This document shows, in pieces, positions 1 to 12,299 of a DNA stretch of 64,000 nucleotides. Origin of the DNA: Rhizophagus irregularis (taxonomy: Eukaryota); the NCBI RefSeq assembly GCF_026210795.1, contig NC_089429.1, positions 3,410,001-3,474,000 on the forward strand, read 5' to 3'. Made by a program: the position numbers and the translations under genes. The notes below the pieces were generated by a model, which saw nothing but the letters and a program-made list of their open reading frames with translations, was not told the origin of the DNA and did no database searches. Position 1 is the first letter of the stretch. Each line of letters starts with the position of its first letter.

Positions 1-2183
1 CATTTTCGATTCAAAGTCTTCTTACAATCCATTTTGCGATGTCCAGAAACAAGCAGTGCATCGGGTCGATTGTAATGAACCGAATTGAATCGAAATATGG
101 TAGACGCAATAATTCAGACCATCTAACTCCAGTTTGCTTTACAAATCGTTTTTTTGCTGCGTCCGAATTACAGCGTCTCCATCCTATAGCATCTTGACGA
201 TGTTGAGCTGAATCACGGCAAGTAAACCATTCGTCTATTTCATTTATCTCAGCGAAATTATGCTGCCGATTTTCATAATTCGCCTTCTTTTCGCATCTAT
301 GACATGACACCAAAGCGGAAATATGTCCGCAAATTTTTCTTGCAGCCGGTATGTCACATGAAACAAGAATCAGAGCTGCGCGAATTCTTTTCCCTTCTTG
401 ACATTCATACGTTTGATTTAATGTCACTCCTTCCCAAAGTGACTTCAACTCATCAATGATTGGCGCCAGATAGTGATTAATCTTATGTAAACTTACTTCA
501 TCTGGGCCGGGTAATAAGCCAAAAATCAAGATATTATTACGCTTGAATCTGACATCCCTCGGAAAATTACCGATTGCAGCGTATATTACTCCGGTGCTGT
601 GGATTGTGCCGTCGAAGGGTTGAAACCAATCCAAATTCAAAATCAATCCGAGGTGCGAATCAGCAACATCAGATCGGAAAAAATTATTCAAACTTTCATC
701 TGTCGTTTCTTTAAAAGTTTTCCAAACTTCACCATCGTATATATCAGTTAGGATATTATCGAAAGTTGGACGATTTATCCAATGCCTTAGAGAATTTTCA
801 AAGTTAGGTTGACGATACTAAGGTTGCTTGCCAAAACCTAGAGGTTTAGGCAAGATGGCGTTTTGCCGAAAAGCGAAATTCTGCCGAAACTATATTAAAG
901 TTATATTAAAAAACTGGCGAAACTTTGGAGAAAGGCGAAACTGCTGAAACTTATTATAAATGCCGAAACTGCCGAAACTCTGCCAAAACTATAATAAATC
1001 TATAGTAAAATTTTGACGAAACTAATCGTAGGATTTTGAAGAGGTTTAGACAAGCAACCTTAGACGATACATTGCTTCCAATTGCTGCTTAATACTCACA
1101 AACGGAAATAATAATTCAGGTTTGATTGAAATTTGGTTATTTAACAATGTTGTTTTCTGTGCCAAAGGTGTTTGGCACAACCTTAATCTTTGAGTTGTCA
1201 AATTAGGAAATTCGACATGGCAACACTTCATGATGGCAGGTTGCTCATTTTGGAGAAAACTTTTTATTTCCTGTTTGTTGTATAATTTGTGGCATTTGGA
1301 ACACGCCACAAAACTATGAAACTGGTCTTCAAGATTAAGGGCTTTTCTTGCTAGATATAAAGTGTCAGGAAATGTGTCAAAATCAGGACTACCGATTTCT
1401 GTTAGAACAAGCTTCAAGAATTTTATCAATGATTCTGTAGCTGTTTCTGGTAAGTTAAACCTGGTTCAGAAGCTTATGATCCATAATAATATCCATAAGA
1501 ACCGATTATTTATTGATTGTTCAGTATCAGAATCTTGAAATATTTCGAAAGGTGGACATGAATAATCTTCAAAAATTTTGTGGTATTCGTCATCATTGGA
1601 TGGTTCATTATCGGATGATTCATTTCTATCATCAATATTTGCATCTTCCTCCGTAGTATATTCAGAAGATTCAGAAGATTTATCATCTACTATATCTCCT
1701 AATTCAGCAATTATAACCGGTCGAACATATTTTCTTGATCGTTGTCTACTAGGCAATTCAGCTTCCGATTCTCTCATTCGTGGTTCATCTGATATTGAGG
1801 CACTTTCGTATGGTTCGTTACTAGGCAATTCAGCTTCCAATCTTCGTGGTTCTCTGATATTGAGGCACTTTTAGCTTACTAGGCAATTCAGCTTCATCAG
1901 TTAGATGTACTTCTGTTCTTTCTGAATCATCATCTTCTGAATCTTGGTTAATTTCATGGATAGTTTTCGTACGATGATCTACTAATCGTCCATTACATTC
2001 AGAACAATTACATGCAACTAACCTTCCAATACGTGATGATGTAGGATAAGATTGATTTGAAGATTCTTCGTCAATTATATTTGACACTGATCTGGTTCTT
2101 TGTATACGTGATGAAGGTATGGCATGAGGTCTAGAATCTGATTCTTCATTGAGTATACTTGATAATGATCTTTTTCTCGTCAT
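1..2183 (-). pseudogene. Tnp2/Transposase_21-family (CACTA/EnSpm) transposase, disrupted, running off the window
   Basis: ORF pieces 1830-2183, 1466-1840, 1046-1429 and 11-691 carry CNCSEC, CSKCHKLY, LNLDWFQP, LLPGP, CDIPAARK and DPMHCLFL. Removing the MITE at 819-1062 restores EAMYRQPNFENSLRHW...IYDGEVWKTF. Confidence 0.88.
819..1062. mobile_element. hAT-family MITE (244 bp)
   Basis: TIR TAAGGTTGCTTG...CAAGCAACCTTA; perfect 8-bp TSD GACGATAC at 811-818 and 1063-1070; internal GCCGAAAC repeats; same TIR as 45377-49969. Confidence 0.95.
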
Positions 2184-2299
2184 TTTTGTGAACGTTTTTC
2201 AAAATAAAGTTAATTGTTAATAATATATCAATAATATCAATATAATTCGTTTAAAATACTTAAATTAGAATAAAATCATCAACTGCGTCGATGTAATAC

Positions 2300-2711
2300 T
2301 AAATTTATTAAAATCATCAATCTACACTTAAATTATAAATATAAATCATTCGATTAATAATATTAATAATAAAATAGACTATTCGATTAGTATGATGGCG
2401 AAAGTTTCTTAAAGTTTAATTTTTTAAACAACTTCATTTTTTCTTACCAACCTTTTTCTTTTTAGAGTTTAATCTTTTTAGAGTTTAATTGTCGATATAA
2501 TACTTAAATTATATTAAATTTATTAAAATCATCAACTATCACTTAAATTATAAATATTACATGATGTCGATTTGCGTTCAAATCGTTTGATTAATAATAT
2601 TAATAATAAAATAGACTATTCGATCAGTATGATAATGAAAGTTTCTTAAAGTTTAATTTTTTAAATAAAACTTCATTTTTTCTCACCAACCTTTTCTTTT
2701 TAGAGTTTTAA
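2300..2711. repeat. Two direct copies of a roughly 180-200 bp AT-rich block between the divergent genes
   Basis: ATTAATAATAAAATAGACTATTCGAT...AAAGTTTCTTAAAGTTTAATTTTTTAAA occurs at about 2300-2473 and 2515-2711. Confidence 0.75.
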
Positions 2712-2751
2712 CGTCTAATACTCTTCGCAACCAAAAAAAAATAAAAAAATA

Positions 2752-4773
2752 ATGAGCCAAAATTCGCAACCAAAAAAAATAATGATCCAAAATAGAAAAA
2801 ATAAAAATACTGAAAAAGGTTTGGCTAGTGATAATCGAAATAAAACGATTACTAACATCAATAAAAGTTCGTCCAATATCCAACAAGCTGTTGAAGGGAC
2901 TGCCACGCCAATTCATGAGCAAGCTCAAACACTAACATCAATAAAAGTTCGTCCAATATCCAACAAGCTGTTGAAGGAACTGCCACCCCAATTCATGAGC
3001 GAGCTCAAACTACTAATATCAATAAAAATTCGTCCAATATCCAACAAGCTGTTGAAGGGACTGCCACCCCAATTCATGAGCGAGCTCAAAGTGTAAAAGA
3101 GAAATATAAAAATCTTCGGCTTCCGGATTCGTCCAATACTCAACCACCATCTGCTGCGCCAAGTCATGAACGAGTCTAAAGTGTAAAAGAGAGATATAAA
3201 AATCTTTGGCTTCCGGTCAGATATCAAACTAATGAACCTACCCGCAATGATGATGATACATCAACAGGTCTGTATCGTGTATATATCGTCAGTTAGATTT
3301 AGTATTTTTTTTTTGTTGATTTTACATTTTTATACAGAGAATCGGAGGTTATCTCAAGAAGTATCCGATTTGCGTGCGAAGTGTTTACAGTTAGAACGAC
3401 GAAATAATGAATTAACCAAACATACAGCTGTCGTTGCCACTTAAATAGCTCGCTTACGAGAAGATAATGAATTTTTTGCTGGTGTTAACGCAGAATTCGG
3501 TTCTGAAAATGACGACTTGAAAGAAGAGGTTAACGAATTAAAAATGAAACTCGAACAATACCAGATACGATCATCATCTGAAAGCCTTGATGTTATTGAT
3601 GTTCCAGAAGAACGGTTAGCAAAACGGTTCAAATCGGATGAGTCAAAAAAAGTAAAGAAGACGGTACACTACGCCGAAAATCAACCAAAAGAAAAACAAG
3701 AAGAACAATGTGAAAAGGAGGCGAGGGTTTGTAATTTTGTAATTTTAGGCAGAATTGTACAGTCTTTATACTTTTATACTAATTGTTCCGATTTAAAGAT
3801 TGAAATGAAAATGATTCTCAAAACTATTAAACCTAATGACAATTTGGATGATAACGAAACATTTAATAGTCCAAAAAATGTTGAAATTCATAGTAGATTA
3901 ATTCCCGAACTTCGAAGGGCGATGTTTCCGAATTATAAACCTTCAGTAGCACAATTGACCAACTGGTTGAGCGCCCTCCATAAGTCGCGAAGATCACAAA
4001 CACAACTGAAAAAAAGTGGAAAAAGTGACGAGGACAGTCGTAGAGTTCACAACAACAGTCGCGTACAAAATGTAAAATTGTCGAATTTTTTCCTTTATCA
4101 TCATGTTAATGATTCATGCTAATTTTCTTATATATTTATCATTTAAGAAAAAATTGCGTCGAATTAAGGCTGCAAAGAATCTTTATAGGAAAAGTGACGA
4201 AAGAATAATTAGTTATGAAAAACGCCAATTATTAAAAATGTTGGCAAATCGATCTTACCACTCACCGGAAATCAGTGAGTCAGATGAAGAGAATCCAGAT
4301 AAGACGATCGTATGCGTCTATGATTATTTTTGGTGATCACAAGAGGTTTATACTTCGATATTTATTATACTTCGATATTTATACTTCGATATTTATACTT
4401 CGATATTTATACTTCGATATTTATACTTCAATATATCACTCTCGTTCCTTTCTTTATTTTGTATTTATTTTATTTATATTGTCTTTTTTAGCTAAAAAAT
4501 TTACTTCGAAACGTCATCGACTCACATTCAGCAGATATTCAAATGGCAAAATTACAACGACCTCGCCAGTATGATGATGAAGTTCAACACTTCGACCGAA
4601 TGCACCCTGAAGATGCTCCACAATGGTCATATGTCGAGCAAAAGGATTTTATATATGATATGGAAATCGATAGTAGAAGTGGTTTTGACGAAGATGAAGA
4701 CTATGGTGAAGAAACGGAAGAGGTGTTAATCGATAGTCAAAAAAGTGCAGCCGGTGATGATTTAGCTGAATGA
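2752..4773 (+). pseudogene. CACTA accessory gene: multi-exon, repetitive N-terminus, coiled coil, acidic tail, function unknown
   Basis: Exon-like ORF pieces are joined by GT-AG introns (e.g. 3268-3337). Homologous to 31654-33903 (QLTNWLSALHKSRR vs QLTKWLGCLHKSSY; HSPEISESDEE vs HSPEISETDEE). In-frame stops are present. Confidence 0.7.
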
Positions 4774-5148
4774 AGTGGGACTATCGATTACATTTATTTA
4801 AAAATTTTTTTTTTCATATATTATTCGTAAATATTTCTGATAATTAATATATAACGTTAATAAATTTAAATCGAATTTTCTATATATAATAATTTTCCGA
4901 ATTTAGTATGATTTAGTTCTGATTTATGTCCGATTTAAGTTTCGAAGTACATTTGATTGACTGTCTGAATTTAGTATGATTTAGTTCTGATTTATGTCCG
5001 ATTTAAGTTCCGAAGTACATCTGATTGGCAGTCAATCAGATAACAATCGGAATATATTTTTTTTGTAAAAATCGGACATATTTCAGCCGTAATTTGACCT
5101 AAAATCGGATATCCGATTTTTAGCCGATTTGCCTTATTTCGACTAGTG

Positions 5149-5548
5149 TATTTGAATATTGGGTAAATTTTAGGTTGATTTGCTATTTTGTCTGATTTTT
5201 TTTTGATTTCAACCAGCATCAATCAGCCATCAATCAAATATAATGATTTTTTGCCAAATTTTTATTGAATTTTTATTGAATTTTTATTGAATTGTCAATT
5301 TTCCATAAATCGGAAGTACATATTTGAATATTGGGTAAATTTTAGGTTGATTTGTCATTTTGTCAGATTTTTTTTTGATTTCAACTAGCATCAATCAGCT
5401 GTCAATCAAATATGATGATTTTTTTCTGGATTTTTATTAAATTGTCCGATTGGCATCAATCAGATGTGCCGATTTGTAATGTCTGTCAATTTTGGTCTGA
5501 TTTTTAGCTGATTTTCCATATGTCCAATTTTTTTGATTTCGACCAGTG
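5149..5548. mobile_element. Right-end remnant of a CACTGG-type element into which the 1-5148 element inserted
   Basis: Ends TTTCGACCAGTG at 5548; sequence closely matches about 44806-45364. Confidence 0.8.
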
Positions 5549-6230
5549 GTAATTTTATTTATTTGTAATTAATTAACAATTAAATAAATAAATTAATATT
5601 ATAATTAAATTTAAATTATAAATTTATTAGCATTCATATTATTGCATTAAATAAATATTATTTTTGATATGCGTTTAATAATAAAATCAGTAAATTATAG
5701 CTATTAGCCTATTAAGTCTATTAAATATACTTCAAATATGTATATCGGCATTATCGGATAAATGTATATTATCTATCTGATATTTTACTATAGGCAAACG
5801 TGGTATAGTAGTCTTCATCTTTATTAAATTTATTCGAACATTACAATTTAAAAATAAAAAGAAAAATTAAACAAATAAAACTAACTAAAAATAAAGCTAT
5901 ATAGTCTCCTAAGAAAAAATAAAGTAAAAAATTAATCTGAAAAAAAATAATTGCATTACACTAAATTTTCCCAGATCTTTCCCCTTGATATATTCCAACC
6001 AAAGTAGAAGCAACTATGCTAACAAAATAATGAATAGCGCGTCCACTATAAAAATTGACACTCCATCCTGCAAAAGTTGTTATTCAGTAGCACCGTTAAA
6101 TGACTCATAAAACCCAAAAAGTGATTAAACTAAGGCAAACCATATTTCATTGAGTTTTTTAACCAATCAGTTTCAGAGTCACATGAATCATGTAGGGTCA
6201 GAGGTGTAAAGATGAGTAAGGTAAATACAC

Positions 6231-6752
6231 CATCAGGAAATTTGTTTAAGCGTAATTTAGTGTAATATTTCAGAGGTGGTGTAAAATTTCGAAATATTAC
6301 ACTAAAAACGTAATATTACAAAAGTTTACGCTTTTAAATTTGAATAATTATAGTAATTTATGAATATCTTGCTATCTACTGATCCAATCATGACGATCTA
6401 TAGCTCATTGGAATCAGCTTATCAAGACGAATCGAATGGTAGCAAAATCATATCTCTATGTTCGATAGATGACTTTCTATTAATTTAAAACTTTATTGCA
6501 TACTATAGAGCGTTCTATCAACTGTAGAAATGCAATTTTACTACCATTCGATTCGTCTTGATGAGCTGGTTTCAATGAGCTATAGATCGTCTTGATTGGA
6601 TCAGTAAATAGCGAGATATTCTTAAATTACTATAATTATTTAAATTTAAAAGCGTAAACTTTTGTAATATTACGTTTTTAGTGTAATATTTCAAAATTTT
6701 ACATCACCTCCGAAATATTACACTAAATTACGCCTAAACAAATTTCCTGATG
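6231..6752. mobile_element. Fold-back MITE with long TIRs (CATCAGGAAATTTG), 2-bp TSD
   Basis: Inverted arms over 200 bp; AC on both flanks; second copy at 43200-43709. Confidence 0.9.
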
Positions 6753-7041
6753 ACAGATTTTGGCAAATTCGACGGCTGAGGAGTAGTTTTTAACTTATGT
6801 ATAATATTTATTGCATTTTCCCATCTATCTTTGTCATAGGAATGCAGATTTCAAATTCGTCTTCTGAATTTCTGAACAAAATTATTGTGAATGGCGGCGA
6901 TAACCTTCATCGCAGAATTTCTTAGGATAGATAAATCGACTAATAAGTCGACAAAAAGCTTGGGCAGACAGCCATGAACAAGGTCATAAGAGGACCAATT
7001 TGTAGAAGAAAAGGAGCAGCATGAAAGGGAAGAGTAATGAA

Positions 7042-7320
7042 CACTGGTAAAAAAATGGTCTATCCTACACATATCCTATACATATCTTACAAATATCGGG
7101 TACTCAAAATGTAGAAAATCATACACAAATAATACACATATCATACACATATCGGGTACTTATATATATAGTATACCTATTAGGTACCTGATATATGTAT
7201 GATATATATATTAGTACCCGATATGTGTATAATATGTGTATTATTTGTGTATGATTTTCTACATTTTGAGTACCCAATATGTGTAAGATATGTGTAGGAT
7301 AAATCATTTTTTTACCAGTG
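7042..7320. mobile_element. CACTG-type MITE (279 bp)
   Basis: TIR CACTGGTAAAAAAATG...CATTTTTTTACCAGTG; 3-bp TSD GAA; palindromic body. Confidence 0.95.
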
Positions 7321-8386
7321 GAACGGGGTAGGATCAATATCAGCTAATGTTCCTGCTTCTAGAATTTTAGAAATCAAATGATCTTGATAAGATTGGAGAG
7401 TTTGTTGCATATACAAGCGATGTTTATTGCACATAAAAAGGTGCATTAAATCTTCCATGCAGTCGATACAAAAATAGCAAGTTAATTCGTTCATGTATAA
7501 GTCAGGACGTGTTCTTTTAAGGTTTTTCAAAGTGGGTAACTCATCCAAGAAAAGCTTAAATTTAAAGATATGGTGCTATGAAGCATGTTCAAAAGTGAAG
7601 GAAACATCATGAGAAGGTTCAAATTTCAAAACGAACTAAGTAAGATCCCAATCAACAATATAATCTATAAGAAAATAATAGAAAAGTGAAGTGAAATCAC
7701 GTTAAATGTAATAATTTCCGCATCAACTGCGTTTAATAGTATTGTTTGAGAAGATGACGCAGATTGGACTCGCAGACAACATCATTATCATAAGTTAAGA
7801 CAAAATCGTGGGCAGAGACAAGATCCAAGCCAGAGATTAAAATACTGGACGATAAGGTATGAGCAATGTTGGCTAAGGAATCAGCAAAATCATTCAAATA
7901 GTTGTCAGAGTGGGTTGTGATATTGACTAGAAGAACAGTCAAATTCTTGGAGAAGATAGTTCGTTCAATAATAGCCTAGAGTTCAAAGTTCGTAGTTTTA
8001 TAATAAAGCCGGCTATTAGAATAAGTAGAAGAAAAACAACCTCAGAGGCCATTGATGGCAGTTTGCAAGTCAGTATAAATAGTAACTTCTGAGTCGCGAG
8101 GAGAGATAGTTAAGACTGCGTAGATAACGGCAGCTTCAGCTCAAAAAGAAAAGGGATTATTCCGAATAATGCCATGTGCATAAGTAGCAATAAAGTTGGG
8201 AAAGCCAGAATCTAATACAATTTGCATCCAAGACTAGTCCATAGAAACGTCAGAAGTTCCTAAGTTAATAAGAACTCCATTAGTGAAAAAGATATAATGT
8301 GAATCTGTAGAGGAAACTAAAGAAGAGTTAGCAAAAATAGAGGCAACCAAGGATTCAATAGTAGTAGGGATAGCAGGAGCCTCAAT

Positions 8387-9546
8387 AGGACCCCGAAGAA
8401 TACATATAATACTGGGATCCAATTTTGTATAAACTTACTATGTAATTTCTTAATAAGTTATATGTTTGAAATTGTATAACCAAATAGCAGTTACGCAAAA
8501 AGTCAGATTTTTATTTGTATAACAATAATGATTTTTACAATAAGTAAGATTTTCATTTTGTATAACGGATATTAGAATTTTTTTTTATATACGTTTAAAA
8601 TTTTTTAAAGTTTTTTTTTATTTTTTGTTTAAGAAATTTTTAAGATATTTTTTAATAAAGAGTTTTTTTATTTGTTTTAAAAAACACTTGAAATATTTTT
8701 TAATAGAAATTGTTTTTTGTTTAAGAAGTTTTTAAGGGTTCGTTTAAAGACATTTTTTTAATAAAAATGAAGAAATTTTTTTAAAATTCATTTACAAAAT
8801 TAAAAAAAATACATTTTATTATATATCTCAGCATCCAGTGATCATAGAGAAATGAAACACAGCTTATTAGATTCGTCTCAATACGATGAGTCGAATGGTG
8901 GTAGTTTCATATTTCTAGGCGCGATAGATACCGAGTTATGTGATAAAATGTAAAAATGCACAGTAGACGAAAATACAAAGTGTCGATGTGTGGTATAGCT
9001 CATCATCTATCACACCTAGAAACACGAAACTACTACCATTCGATTCGTCTTGTCAAGACGAATCCAACGAGCTGTGTTTTATCTTTTTACGATCACTGGG
9101 TGGTGAGATATATAACAAAATGTATTTTCTTTTATTTTGTAGTATACACCCAAATTTTTGCATAAAACTTACTATATTATACATATTGGGCATCAATATC
9201 TATCGGGTATTTAAAATTTTAACATGCAATTTTGTTTAAAAATTTTATTTAAGTTATTTTTTAATAATTTTTTTTAATAATTTTTTTTAAAAAAATTTTT
9301 TAAGTATTTGTTAGAATTTTTAAATAGTTTTTAATAATATTTATTAAAATTTTCAATAAAATTTATTTGAAATTTTTCTTTAAAAATTTTTTTTTATATA
9401 AACTCAGATTTATAATTGTATAATTTATAATAAAATTTGAACTTATGTGATGATTTTGTATAAAGCTTCTAATAAAATTAGGCGTATAAAGTTATATTAA
9501 AATTTTGGGTCTGGATCTGAGTTGTATATATATTCTTCGGGGTCCT
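8387..9546. mobile_element. Non-autonomous TIR element with 8-bp TSD, superfamily uncertain
   Basis: TIR AGGACCCCGAAGAATA...TATTCTTCGGGGTCCT; TSD GCCTCAAT at 8379-8386 and 9547-9554; internal inverted repeat at about 8805-9130. Confidence 0.93.
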
Positions 9547-12299
9547 GCCTCAATGGTAGCTATAGGGGAGAAATCAGGAGTAACATCCCATCTATTATAA
9601 TGAAAACGAACACCATCTTCTATATCAGCCCAAGTAAAAAGGGTAGTCACTTCAGTGGTATCGCATCTAATCCGTTCATTAGTAATGGGTAGGATAAGCG
9701 AATATAGTAAAGAGACCTTCAGTATGCAAAAAGTTAATTCAGCATTCCGTCTTTTAGAAGGAAGTAAAGGGTATGAGCGGTGCAACCAGGGCAGGGAAAA
9801 AGTTTAATGATATCGCCAGGTAAAGATTTACAATTAGGAGAAATCCAATATATAATGAAGCAGATGTCTCGATCTGGTTGGACCAAAAGTTGTTTACCAA
9901 AAATGGGAGAACCAATTTCATCTAACGTGACAATCCAGTTCATGGTAGTAGAAGGAGAAGAAAGACAGGAATCAAGTTTATAGAACGAGAAGACGTTCAC
10001 AGGTAGAAAAGTTATATATTCATCGATTAAGCAATTATTAGAATCAGAAATAGTAGTTTGTCATTGGATATCTTTATACCAAAAGGGGATGTGACCAGGG
10101 CCACATTCACTGGTCAAAAACTAGGCAAATGTGGCATAGTAGCTTTTATCTTTATTAAATTTATTCAAACATTACAATTTATAAAAAATAAAAAGAAAAA
10201 TATAAAATAAAACTAACTAAAAACAAAGCTATATAGTCTTCTAAGAAAAAATAAAGTAAAAAATTAATCTAAAAAGAAAAATCGCATTACACTAAATTTC
10301 CCTAGATTTTCCTCCTTGATATATTCCAACCAAAGTAGAAGCAACTATGCTAACAAAATAACGAATAGCGTGCCTACTATGAAAATCGACATTTCATCCT
10401 ACAAAAGCTGTTATTAAGTAGCACCGTTAGACAACCCATAAAACCCAAAAAGTGATTAAACCAAGGCAAACTAAATTTCATCGAGTTCTTCAACCAATCG
10501 GTTCCAAAGTCACATTAATCGTGTAGGGTTGGAGATGGTAAAGATGAGTAAGATGTGTACGATGACAGCGGCAAATTAGATGGCCTCAGAGTAGTTTTCA
10601 ACTTATGAGTAATGTTCATTGCGTTTTCCCATTGATAAGTTTCATAAGAACGCGGATTCCAAATTCTTCTGAATTTTAAACAAAATTATTATGGATAGCA
10701 GCGACAACCTTTATCGCAGAATTTCTTGGGATAGTTAAATCAACAAATAGGTCAACGAAAAGTTTAGGTAAACAGTCACGAACGAGAGCATAGGAGGACC
10801 AATTAGTAGAAAAAAAGGACCAACATGAAAGAGAGGTAAGTTTAGTAATAAACGGAGTAAGATCGATATCAGCCATTTTACCGGCTTTATGAATTTTTGA
10901 GATTAAATGATGTTGATAAGTTTATAGAATTTGTTACATAGGCAAATGACGTTTTTTGCACATGAAAAGGTGCATTAAATATTCCATGCGATCGATACAG
11001 GAACAGCAAGTTAATTTGTCCAAGTATAAGTCTGGGCGAACTCTTTTAAGCTTTTCCAACACAGGTAATTCATTTAAGAAAAGTTTAAATTTGAAGGTAT
11101 GGTGCTGAAAGGCATGTTCAAAAGTGAAAGATGCGTCATGAGAAGGTTCGAATTTCAAAGTGAAGCAAGTAAGATCCCAATCAACAACATAATCTATATT
11201 ATCTGATAATAAAGAAATGAAATGAAATCACGTTAGATGTAATAAATCACGCATCAACTGCGTTTGATAAAATTGCTTGAGAGGATTGGACTCGCAGATG
11301 ACATCATCATCATAGGTTAAAATGAAATCATGGGCAGAGGCAAGATCCAAGCCAGAGATTAAAATACTGGATGATAAAGTGTGAGCAGTATTGGCCAAGG
11401 AGTCGGCAAAATCATTCAAATAGTTGCCAGAATGTGCTTTAATTTTAATTGGGAGAACAATCAGATTCTTGAAGAGAATAGTTCGTTCAATAATAGCCCA
11501 AAGTTCAAAGTTCGTAGTTTTGTAATAAAACTGGCTATTAGAATAAGTAGAAGAAGAACAACCTCAAAGGCCATCAATAGCAGTTTGCGAGTCAGTATAA
11601 ATGATAACTTCTGAGTTACGAGGAGAGATAGTTAAAACTGCGTAAATAGCGGCAGCTTTAGCACGAGAAGAAGAGGAATTATCCCGAATAATGCCATGTG
11701 CATAAGTAGTGATGGAGTTGGGAAAGCCAGCATCTGGTACAATTTACATCCAAGACCAGCCCATAGAAACGTCAGGAATTCCTAAGTTAATAAGAGACCC
11801 ATCAGTGAAAAAAATGTAACGTGAGTCCGTAGAAGGAATTAAAAGAGAATTAGCAAAAACAGCGGCAGCTGATGAGGATTCAATAGTGGTAGAAATAATA
11901 GGAGTTTCAATGGCGACTACAGGAGAAAAATCAGGAGCAATATTCCATCTATTAAAATGGAGACGAACACAATCTTCTATATCAGCCCAAGTGAAAAGAG
12001 AAGTCACTTTAAAGGTATTGCATTTTATCTGTTCATTGGTGGTAGGTAAAATGAGCAAATATTATAAGGAAACCTTTGGTGTACAAAGAGTTAAATCAGC
12101 ATTCCGTCTTTTAGAAGGAAGTAAAGGATATGAGCAGCGCAACCAGGGCAGGAAATAAGCTTGATGATATCACCAGGCGAAGATTCACAATTGGGAGAAA
12201 TCCAATGGACAATAGAGCAGGTACCACAACCTGCCTGGACTAAAAGTTGTTTTCCAAAAATAGGAGAACCAAATTCGTCCAACATGACAATCCAATTTA

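Larger units (their letters stand above)
1..5148. mobile_element. CACTA/EnSpm-type DNA transposon, partial (left end outside the window), with transposase and divergent accessory gene
   Basis: Right terminus CCGATTTGCCTTATTTCGACTAGTG ends at 5148 with subterminal repeats at about 4895-5140. Tnp2-type gene on - and second gene on +, the same layout as 30872-45364. Confidence 0.8.
5793..10107 (-). mobile_element. LINE family A copy 1 (3' part of ORF2: RNase H and C-terminus), degenerate, interrupted by three MITEs
   Basis: Fragments match the ORF2 of 16472-22106 (NDFADSLANIAH, EDLMHLFMC); conserved 3' UTR starts GGCAAACGTGG at 5793; cut at 10107 by a CACTGG end. Confidence 0.9.

Noticed and set aside
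4347..4432. 14-bp tandem repeat ATACTTCGATATTT
   Set aside because: Simple intronic minisatellite in the accessory gene with no further structure.
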